From assembly GCA_947373245.1 (NCBI GenBank), contig CANBWY010000003.1, positions 1,093-65,092 of the forward strand: a DNA stretch of 64,000 nt, read 5' to 3'. The position numbers were made by a program, and so were the translations under genes. The notes under the pieces are model-generated. The model saw only the letters and a program-made list of their open reading frames with translations. It had not been told where the DNA came from and searched no databases. The stretch comes from Comamonadaceae bacterium (GTDB lineage Bacteria; Pseudomonadota; Gammaproteobacteria; Burkholderiales; Burkholderiaceae_C). Shown here piece after piece: positions 30,088 through 37,966 of the stretch (its first letter is position 1; each line of letters opens with the position of its first letter).

Positions 30088-32619
30088 ATGAAAAAGTTTC
30101 GTCCGTCCCTCATTGCCTTTGCGTTTGTGTCTGCTGGTTTCATATCGCCCGCCCGCTCAGCTGAGCAAGATGGGGCGCAAGATATGCCCACCGTTGAAAT
30201 CATTGGTGCGACGCCTTTGGGGGGTGTCGGGGTTCCACGGTCGCAATTTCCAGCGAACGCACAAACACTCAGCGCAAAGGACGCGAACGAACAAGGCGTG
30301 ACGAATCTGGCTGATTTGTTGAACAACAACATGGGCCAAGTCAGCGTGAGTAACGGCACGGGCAACGCCTATCAAAACGACGTCAACTACCGAGGCTTTC
30401 AAGCGTCGTCCGTGCTGGGTGCGCCTGTGGGGTTGTCGGTTTACTTCGATGGTGTTCGCATGAACGAGCCCTTTGGCTCGGTGGTCAATTGGGACTTGAT
30501 TCCCATGAACGCCATGTCGCGCGTGAGTGTGTTGCCAGGCTCAAATCCGATGTTTGGCTTGAACACGCTGGGCGGCGCATTGGTCATCGATACCAAGAAT
30601 GGCAAAGACAACCCCGGTGCATCCATGGGCATCTTGGGCGGCTCTTTTAACCGCAAGCGCGTGAATTTTGAAAATGGTTGGGTGGATGCGGCGCACGACA
30701 CCGACTACTTCTTTGCCGTTAACTTCGACAAGCAAGACGGCTTTCGTGACCATTCAGGCTCAGACGTCAAACAGCTCTACGGCAAAACGCGTTGGCGTGG
30801 TAACGGTGGTAACACACGCTTAGAGCTGTCTGGTGCATTGGCTGACACAACCCTAAGCGGCACACAGTCGTTGCCCGCAGACATGATGAACAACCCCAGT
30901 TCAACCTACACATGGCCCGACAGCACCGCGAACCGCATGACGCTCATCAACGTGAAGGGCCAGCACGTGCTGGACGACAGCAACCAACTGGCCGGTAATT
31001 TATTTTTCCGAAAAGGGAATTCGCACAACATCAATAGCAACGTGATGTTGGATGACGGTTGTTTCAATTCTGATGGCTCTTTAGCCATGTCTGGTGTGAC
31101 ACCAAAATGTGCCAATAAAGCACCCAATGGCACGGCCACTAATTCTGTGACCCATGCAAATGCACTCGCCTATGGCTATGGTCGTTGGACGAGTTCAATT
31201 AACTCTAGCCTTGTAGATTCAACGACAAAGCAAGAAACTTTAGGGACTTCGTTGCAGTGGTCTAACGTTGATCCGTTGCTTGGCAGTAAAAACGCATTCA
31301 CCTTTGGCGGTTCGTTTGATCGCTCAAAAATTACGTACGAACAAAATACGTATTTGGCACAACTGGTTAATTATCAAACGGTGATTTCACCTAACCAGAA
31401 CTACGGGTTCACCGCAAATGGATTGGCGCCTTCTCTGACAAATATGCCGACATTCAGCGGCAGCAATGTGTTGGGCACAGTGAATTTAGATTCCACCACG
31501 ACGAATTTGAATGCCTATTTCACAGACACGATCGCGTTGACTGAAAAGCTGAGTACGACAGTTTCTGGCAGCTTTAACCACACCGCGGTTGATCAGAAAG
31601 GCGCTAACAAGCAGTACTTGAATGATGACGGGGGCTACAACTGGACAGATAGTTTTGCCGGCACCTCTTACTACAACCCTGCCTACATCGGCTCATACAA
31701 GTCGGCGAGCACTGGCTCTGGTGTGTCGGCTGTCACAGTACCCGCAGGTGGTATCGCTGGACCTCAGATCAACAGTCTGAATGGCGACCACAAATACCAG
31801 CGCTTCAATCCAGCCATTGGCTTCAATTACAACTTCGACAATGACAACGGCATCTTTGGTGGCTACAGCGAGTCCATGCGCGCGCCCACATCGATCGAAC
31901 TCTCTTGCGCCGATCCCAACAGTCCTTGCGCGCTGCCTACGGGTTTCAATGGCGACCCCGACCTGAAAGCCGTCGTCGCCAAAACCATCGAGTTTGGGGG
32001 GCGCGGCAAGCTAGGTCAGAACACGACTTGGAATGCCGCTGTGTTTGATTCGCGTTTGAGCAATGACATTCAATTCATTTCAACCTCTTCATCGATGGGG
32101 TATTTTTCCAACGTCGGCAACACCGAACGACGCGGCTTTGAATTAGGCGCGCAAACCAAGCTCGATAAGTTGTATTTGTCTGCCAACTACGGCTATGTAG
32201 ATGCCACCTATCAATCGAACTTCACCACGGCCGGCGGAGAAAACGTGGTCAGCGGCAACAAGATCCCAGGCATTGCAAAGCAAACGCTCAAGTTGCGCCC
32301 TGCCTATGCGGTGAATCAAGATCTCTTGCTGGGGGCGAATGTGATGGTGGTGGGGCGTCAATATGCCCACGGCAATGAGAGCAACACAGATCCAGATGGC
32401 AAAGTGGCTGGCTACAGCGTGGTCAATTTAGATGCGCACTACACCATCAACAAAGCGCTGAGGCTGTCGGGCAACATCAGCAATGTGTTCAACAAGTCAT
32501 ATGCCACCTACGGCTTGTCCGGCATGACAAGCATCTACACATTGGCCACCCAGCAATTCAACACACCCGCCGCGCCGCGTGGCGTTTGGGTTGGCTTGAC
32601 CTATAAATTGGGTGCTTGA
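30088..32619 (+). CDS. TonB-dependent outer-membrane receptor (candidate lanthanide/metallophore uptake)
   Basis: Signal peptide, TonB-box-like TVEII, plug NYRGFQAS..GLSVYFDGVRMNEPFG.VVNWDLIP, ELSCADP..PCALP, NVFNK.Y near the C-terminus; substrate is inference. Confidence 0.9.
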   Translation: MKKFRPSLIAFAFVSAGFISPARSAEQDGAQDMPTVEIIGATPLGGVGVPRSQFPANAQTLSAKDANEQGVTNLADLLNNNMGQVSVSNGTGNAYQNDVNYRGFQASSVLGAPVGLSVYFDGVRMNEPFGSVVNWDLIPMNAMSRVSVLPGSNPMFGLNTLGGALVIDTKNGKDNPGASMGILGGSFNRKRVNFENGWVDAAHDTDYFFAVNFDKQDGFRDHSGSDVKQLYGKTRWRGNGGNTRLELSGALADTTLSGTQSLPADMMNNPSSTYTWPDSTANRMTLINVKGQHVLDDSNQLAGNLFFRKGNSHNINSNVMLDDGCFNSDGSLAMSGVTPKCANKAPNGTATNSVTHANALAYGYGRWTSSINSSLVDSTTKQETLGTSLQWSNVDPLLGSKNAFTFGGSFDRSKITYEQNTYLAQLVNYQTVISPNQNYGFTANGLAPSLTNMPTFSGSNVLGTVNLDSTTTNLNAYFTDTIALTEKLSTTVSGSFNHTAVDQKGANKQYLNDDGGYNWTDSFAGTSYYNPAYIGSYKSASTGSGVSAVTVPAGGIAGPQINSLNGDHKYQRFNPAIGFNYNFDNDNGIFGGYSESMRAPTSIELSCADPNSPCALPTGFNGDPDLKAVVAKTIEFGGRGKLGQNTTWNAAVFDSRLSNDIQFISTSSSMGYFSNVGNTERRGFELGAQTKLDKLYLSANYGYVDATYQSNFTTAGGENVVSGNKIPGIAKQTLKLRPAYAVNQDLLLGANVMVVGRQYAHGNESNTDPDGKVAGYSVVNLDAHYTINKALRLSGNISNVFNKSYATYGLSGMTSIYTLATQQFNTPAAPRGVWVGLTYKLGA

Positions 32620-33245
32620 TCAATCAACTGGTGGCGTTGGGCCAAGTGAACCAAGGCCGCTGTGTTGTTCACGCCCAGTTTTTCTTTAATTTGGGTTTGG
32701 TTGTTGGCGACGGTTTTCAGGCTGATGTTCAAGCGCTCTGCGCAGTCATTCGTTGAACAGCCTTGCGCCAGTAAGCGCCAAATTTCCAGCTCGCGCAGAC
32801 TGAGTTGTGCGATGCGATCGGCTTCATCATCTGCTTCACGATGAAATGGGTTGATGCACAGATCGTCACTCAGGTACTGCTCGCCACGGTGCGCCGCCAT
32901 CACACCGGTGACCAAGTTTTCTGGGGGCGACGTTTTGGTCACAAAGCCCATCGCACCTCCCTCCAAGGCACTTCGGATCAGGCTGTGGCTGTTGTACATG
33001 CTGCACATCAGGACTTTGGCGGAGGCGTCGCGCTGTTTGATTTTTCGTAGCAACTCTAAGCCGCCCACATGGGGCATGGACACATCGGAGATGGTCACAT
33101 CGGGCAGGCATTGCGAGTAGGCGGTGTAGCCAGAGGTGGCGCATGCCGCTTCTGCGACCACCGAGATGCCGTTGTCCAGCGCAAGAAAGCGTGCATAGCC
33201 TGCGCGTACAACCGGGTGGTCGTCCACCAGCAAGACGCGAATCAT
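32601..33245 (-). CDS. NarL/LuxR-family response regulator
   Basis: LLVDDHPVVR, DVSMP, LSLRELEI..LAQG, ISLKTV HTH. Confidence 0.93.
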   Translation of the reverse strand: MIRVLLVDDHPVVRAGYARFLALDNGISVVAEAACATSGYTAYSQCLPDVTISDVSMPHVGGLELLRKIKQRDASAKVLMCSMYNSHSLIRSALEGGAMGFVTKTSPPENLVTGVMAAHRGEQYLSDDLCINPFHREADDEADRIAQLSLRELEIWRLLAQGCSTNDCAERLNISLKTVANNQTQIKEKLGVNNTAALVHLAQRHQLIDQAPNL

Positions 33246-34141
33246 GTGTGTGCCCCATGAAGTGGGATTTGCACATGGATGCGAAGCCCCGGTTGGGCAT
33301 CCTCAAAATGAATGCGGCCTTGCAAGCTGGCAATGCGTTCGCGCATGCCAACCAAACCCAGTCCGCGGTTGGGCTTTGCAGAGGGGGCGAGCCCCTGGCC
33401 GTTGTCTGTGATGGACAGCGTTAACACGTCGTTGACGATGTTGAGCCCAATCCATACCCGTGTGGCTTGCGCGTGTTTGGCAATGTTGGTCAATGCTTCT
33501 TGCGTCACGCGGTACAGGCTGGTGCAAAGGTGGTCGGGCAAGTGGTCGCGCAATTCGTCAATCAAGGTGTGGCACTCGATGCGGCCCTGCTGCTCCCAGC
33601 TGTCGCACAACTCGCGCAGGCTGGCTTCAAATCCAAGGCTATCCAAATTAGGCGGACGCAAACGCGTCAACATGTCACGCGCCAAGCTGTGCATGCGCAG
33701 AGACGACTGGTCGATGCGCTGCGCCGCCGCAAGGGCTGCATCGGGGGCGCTGTGTATGACTTTGGCCATGTAGGCAGCTTCAATGCGAAGCACAGTGCAG
33801 GCTTGACCCACTTCGTCGTGCAGTTCTTGCGACAAGAGGCGACGCTCGTCTTCTTGTGCCGTCAACAACCGTTGGGTCAGTTGGCGATTGGCGGTGAGCA
33901 AATTAGACACCTCGGCGATGCGTCTGAATGCAAACCAAGCCAAGCTGACGGACAACACCAACAGCGTTAACGGCATTTCATCGAGTTGAAATCGCTCATA
34001 GCTTTGCAGCGCGCGGGCTAAGTTTTCGGAAAATTCAAAGTGCATGGCCAAAAGCCAGAAAGAGCCGACGAGCCATGCAACACGACCCAAATCGCGCAAC
34101 GCGCGTGACGAGACATCAGAAGATGCGTCGGGCGCAGTCAT
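33242..34141 (-). CDS. HisKA_3 sensor histidine kinase with a minimal two-TM input
   Basis: QEDERRLLSQELHDEVGQ, RVTQEALTNIAKHA, DNGQG, GLGLVGMRER. Confidence 0.92.
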   Translation of the reverse strand: MTAPDASSDVSSRALRDLGRVAWLVGSFWLLAMHFEFSENLARALQSYERFQLDEMPLTLLVLSVSLAWFAFRRIAEVSNLLTANRQLTQRLLTAQEDERRLLSQELHDEVGQACTVLRIEAAYMAKVIHSAPDAALAAAQRIDQSSLRMHSLARDMLTRLRPPNLDSLGFEASLRELCDSWEQQGRIECHTLIDELRDHLPDHLCTSLYRVTQEALTNIAKHAQATRVWIGLNIVNDVLTLSITDNGQGLAPSAKPNRGLGLVGMRERIASLQGRIHFEDAQPGLRIHVQIPLHGAHT

Positions 34142-34707
34142 GGCCACATGCGTTTCAAGATGCCATCGCGGCGCAGCGCGTGCCAAAACGCGGCCATGAT
34201 GTGCGCGGCAATGGTGAACATGAACACATAGCTACAGGCAGTGTGAATGGCGCTGAGGGCGTCTTTCATGGCCGCAGAGGCTTCCCATAACCGAGGCAAG
34301 GCGGTGCCAAAAAACTTGATGGGATAGGGTGTGAAACTAGAGCCTAAAAATCCACTCAAAGGCATGATGACCATGCAGGCATACAGCAAGGCGTGGTTGG
34401 CGTTGGCGGTCCACGTTTGCCAACGCGGCAAGTGATCGGGCAAGGCGGGTGGGCGATGGCTCAAACGCCAAGCGCCACGCAGCACGATGAGCAGGCCCAA
34501 CACAAGGCCAATCGACTTGTGCCAATTGAACCACTCAGCGCGAATGCCCGGCGGAGATTTGGGAATGTCTTCCATCCAAACACCCAGGCCGAGTTGGTAG
34601 AGCAGGCCAATCGCCAAAAGCCCATGCAGCGCAATGGCGATCAGCGTGTAGCGTGACGACGACTTGGCTGACGCGCCATCGTCGGTGCTGAGGGGGGTGT
34701 CTTCCAT
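34138..34707 (-). CDS. Cytochrome b561 (YceJ-like di-heme)
   Basis: RY..IAIALH, WHKSIG, HALLY..MPLSG, IH...H..AAFWH..RRDG. Confidence 0.9.
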   Translation of the reverse strand: MEDTPLSTDDGASAKSSSRYTLIAIALHGLLAIGLLYQLGLGVWMEDIPKSPPGIRAEWFNWHKSIGLVLGLLIVLRGAWRLSHRPPALPDHLPRWQTWTANANHALLYACMVIMPLSGFLGSSFTPYPIKFFGTALPRLWEASAAMKDALSAIHTACSYVFMFTIAAHIMAAFWHALRRDGILKRMWP

Positions 34708-34733
34708 GAATGAGGTCCAGTTTGAATGGTCAA

Positions 34734-35681
34734 TTAATTGGCGGCAGTGCCCCACGGGAGCTTGCCCACAGGAATGGTTTTGAGCGCGGTGAAGGTGTTG
34801 GCATCAATCACGCTGACCGCATGGCTGCGGCCCGCTGCCACATAAAGTTTGGCGCCATCTGAGGTGATGGCCATGTTCCATGGGCGCAGTCCGACAGGCA
34901 CGTGTGTGCGCACTGAAAAGCTCTGCGTGTCGATGACAGCCACATTTGCATCGCCGCCGTTGCTGGCAAACAACCACTTGCCGTTGGGGTGCATGACTAG
35001 GCCGTTGGTGCGCGTGCCGACAGTCAAGGTGCTTTTGACGGCTAACGTTTGCATGTCGATGGCCACCAACAAGCTGTCGGTTTCCACGGCCACGTAAGCG
35101 GTATTGCCGTCGGGGCTGAAGGCAATACCGCGCGGGCGGTTGCCGACGCGAATGCTGGCAATTTGTTTGCGCGTGGACAGGTCAAGCACATCCACTTGAT
35201 CGGCCTCTTCCGCAGACACCAGCATCAACTTGCCGCTGGGGCTAAATACCGCATGCTCTGGGTTTTTGCCACGCACTGGAATTGAAAAATCCAACTTCCA
35301 GTGCGCTGTAGAAATAAAACTCACGCTGTTGCTGCCCTCGTTGGCCACGGCCACCCACTGGCCATCGGGCGAGCAATACACAGCTTCGGGTGACTCACCC
35401 AGTGTGAGGGTTTTATCCACCGTGAAGGTCTGCGTGTTGAGGGCTTGCAGCTGTGAGCCATTTTGGTTGCTCACATACAAATGCACATCGTGACGACACA
35501 AAGCCAAACCACGAGGTTTGCCACCCGTCGAGATGGTTTGAACCACCGTGTCTGTGGCGCTGTCGATCACGGAGACATCGGCACTGCCTTCATTGGTTGC
35601 AAACACCAGGCCCGCGGCAAACGCTGTTTGACCGATGGCCGCGAATAAACACAAAGTGGCAAGAAGTGAAAAGCGTTTCAT
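34734..35681 (-). CDS. Periplasmic YVTN-repeat beta-propeller (type associated with PQQ-dependent catabolism)
   Basis: Signal peptide; repeated VSVID / G..P.G / SPDG..YV blades. Confidence 0.85.
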   Translation of the reverse strand: MKRFSLLATLCLFAAIGQTAFAAGLVFATNEGSADVSVIDSATDTVVQTISTGGKPRGLALCRHDVHLYVSNQNGSQLQALNTQTFTVDKTLTLGESPEAVYCSPDGQWVAVANEGSNSVSFISTAHWKLDFSIPVRGKNPEHAVFSPSGKLMLVSAEEADQVDVLDLSTRKQIASIRVGNRPRGIAFSPDGNTAYVAVETDSLLVAIDMQTLAVKSTLTVGTRTNGLVMHPNGKWLFASNGGDANVAVIDTQSFSVRTHVPVGLRPWNMAITSDGAKLYVAAGRSHAVSVIDANTFTALKTIPVGKLPWGTAAN

Positions 35682-35693
35682 CGTTGTTCCAAA

Positions 35694-37862
35694 TTAAAGT
35701 GGAATTTGGCTTTGTAGGCCAAGTACCCATGAGCGAGGCAAGCCAGGTTCGAAGTATTGCTGAGACGATTGATTGATGATGATCGAGCTGACCGTGTTTT
35801 TGTTGGTGAGGTTGTCTACACCCACAAATGCTTCCACGCGGGCAGGGCCAACTTGGTAGCGTTGGCGAACACGCGCATTGAGTTGCGCATAGCCTGGCGC
35901 ACTGGAATAGCTGTTGACAGTTGAGGTGAGGGTGTCGTTGGCCCATATGTTGGATCGACTGATGAAGTCAAGCCCGGCCTCTAAACCCAAAGCAGGTTTT
36001 TGACCCGATTGCGAGAAGCCTTTTTCAGACCATTGCAGCGTCGTGAAGAGTTGGCGCTTTGGAATTCCGGGCAAGTTGAGGCCAGGGGTTGGGCTAAAGC
36101 TGGCATTGCCCTCTGCATACGTTGCATGCATGAATGTGGCTGATGCGTGTGTGCGCCAGTGGCTGCTGTACTGATTGCGCAAAGCAAATTCAAAGCCATC
36201 GCGTTTGGTTTGAGATGCGTTGGCGTAGGCCGTTTTCCCACCGCTTGAGTAAGCCGAGACGATTTCATTTTCGGTGTCGATTTGAAACCACGCGGCATCA
36301 ACACGAGCGCTTGGCGTCGCTAGCCATTTGCTCCCAATCTCTAAGTGTCTGCTGCGTGAGGCTAGAAGATTAGGATTGAATTGTTCATTGATGGTCTTAG
36401 ATCCGTTGATCGGATTGGTGGTGAATGAATAGGCAGCTTCTGACAACGTGGGTGTTTCAAAGCCCTTACCGTGGTTGACATAGATGTTCAAGTTCTCTTG
36501 TGCGTGCCAAGTTAAACCTATCACAGGACTGGTCGCTTTGTAGTTGACCGAGCCAGAGCCATCGACAGGATTTGACGTCAAATAGTCGGTGCTTTTCAAC
36601 GTCACGTTACTTTGACGCGCGCCTGTAGTCAGTGTGTAACGTTCACCAAGAGACCAATTCGCTTGCGCAAACAAGTCGCGATTGCGTGCTTCGTTCAGTT
36701 CGTTGCGCGCGCTGGTCGCAGGGGTGGTGGTTTGCTCCCCGTTACTGGCATTTCCACCTTGTCGCAGTTCTGCTGAATGGTCAAGATCCACGCCGACGAC
36801 CCAGTTCATGGGGTGATCGCCGAAGACTTGATTTTTGCCACTGGCTTGTAAACCCAAACCTTCAAATTGCCGATCCAAGCCAACCCATTTATTCGTTGAT
36901 TGAAATTGCAAATTGGTGCGGTTGCCACCGTACAGGCGACCTTGCAATTTCAAATCACTGTCGACGCGGTGTTCCACAACAACACCTGTCTGTTCTTGCT
37001 TCACAGTTTTACGCGTTCTCGTCGCAAGTGCGCCTGAGCCTGCGGCCGATGGATCTTTCGCAAGTTCTTGTGCTGTTAAGCCCAACGCATCTTTGGCATA
37101 AGGCATGTCAAACACGTTGATGATGAATTTAAAACGCGTATCTGGTTTTGCATCGACAGTGAGGACACTGTTCAGTTGTTGCCGGCGTGTGTCGCTGTTG
37201 GCGCGATAGCCTTCGATGGCGAAGGTGCTGTAGTCTGCTACCAGCCCGACATTGCCACTGCGCTGGCTAAATTGCCAATCGGTACGCGTCATACCAAAAG
37301 ACCCTGCGTACATCGCTACCTGCGCCTCGGGTGTGTCGCCTGCCTCGCGCGTGAAGGTTTGAATCACGCCGCCAGACGCATTGCCATACAGCAAAGCCAA
37401 GGGGCCAGTGAGCACTTCCATGCGATCCGTCGAGGTCATGCTGACCGTGGACGTTTGGCCTTGGCCGTCAGGCGTGGTGGCAGGAATGCCATCGGTGATG
37501 AGACGAATGCCGCGCATGCCAAACGCCGAGCGTGCGCCAAAACCCCGAATTGAAATTTGTACGTCTTGTGCGTAGTTGTTTCGGTTCAATGCCACCACAC
37601 CAGGTGCTTGCGCCAAGACATCCGATAGGTTGACCTGTGGCCCTGAGTTGCGAATGGTTTGCGCATCAATCGTGTAAACCGAAGCCGGCGCGTCAAATTG
37701 TTTTTGAGCCAAGCGACCACTTTGCACCACGACTTCATTCAAGTCGGCGGTGGCACTTTGGGCATGCACCCCGAGGCTAGGGAAAACACCGAGGCACAAG
37801 CACATGCCCACCGAAAACGCGGGGTGCTGTTTGAATTTTTGATGGGTTTTGGCGGATTTCAT
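35694..37862 (-). CDS. pqqU: TonB-dependent receptor, YncD/PqqU-like (PQQ importer)
   Basis: Plug NRNNYAQDVQISIRGFGARSAFGMRGIRLITDGIPATTPDGQGQ...LYGNASGGVI closely resembles E. coli YncD/PqqU as recalled; lies in a PQQ-ADH cluster. Confidence 0.8.
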   Translation of the reverse strand: MKSAKTHQKFKQHPAFSVGMCLCLGVFPSLGVHAQSATADLNEVVVQSGRLAQKQFDAPASVYTIDAQTIRNSGPQVNLSDVLAQAPGVVALNRNNYAQDVQISIRGFGARSAFGMRGIRLITDGIPATTPDGQGQTSTVSMTSTDRMEVLTGPLALLYGNASGGVIQTFTREAGDTPEAQVAMYAGSFGMTRTDWQFSQRSGNVGLVADYSTFAIEGYRANSDTRRQQLNSVLTVDAKPDTRFKFIINVFDMPYAKDALGLTAQELAKDPSAAGSGALATRTRKTVKQEQTGVVVEHRVDSDLKLQGRLYGGNRTNLQFQSTNKWVGLDRQFEGLGLQASGKNQVFGDHPMNWVVGVDLDHSAELRQGGNASNGEQTTTPATSARNELNEARNRDLFAQANWSLGERYTLTTGARQSNVTLKSTDYLTSNPVDGSGSVNYKATSPVIGLTWHAQENLNIYVNHGKGFETPTLSEAAYSFTTNPINGSKTINEQFNPNLLASRSRHLEIGSKWLATPSARVDAAWFQIDTENEIVSAYSSGGKTAYANASQTKRDGFEFALRNQYSSHWRTHASATFMHATYAEGNASFSPTPGLNLPGIPKRQLFTTLQWSEKGFSQSGQKPALGLEAGLDFISRSNIWANDTLTSTVNSYSSAPGYAQLNARVRQRYQVGPARVEAFVGVDNLTNKNTVSSIIINQSSQQYFEPGLPRSWVLGLQSQIPL

Positions 37863-37904
37863 GATTTGCAAAGCCCTCAAGTGGTCATGGGTCACAACAC
37901 GAAA

Positions 37905-37920
37905 AGCAAAACTCATTCCA
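37905..37920 (-). promoter_or_regulatory. sigma54 (-24/-12) promoter for the pqqU operon
   Basis: Minus strand TGGAATGAGTTTTGCT, exact GG-N10-GC spacing. Confidence 0.6.
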
Positions 37921-37942
37921 TCGATGGGGTGTGCCAAAACGA

Positions 37943-37958
37943 TGGCATTTTTCGTGCT
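37943..37958 (+). promoter_or_regulatory. sigma54 promoter for the nosR-like/apbE operon
   Basis: TGGCATTTTTCGTGCT, GG-N10-GC. Confidence 0.6.
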
Positions 37959-37966
37959 TGGTGTAG

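Noticed and set aside
37919-37936. Alternative sigma54 promoter for pqqU (minus strand TTGGCACACCCCATCGAT)
   Set aside because: Good -24 but CG rather than GC at -12; the element at 37905-37920 fits the spacing exactly.
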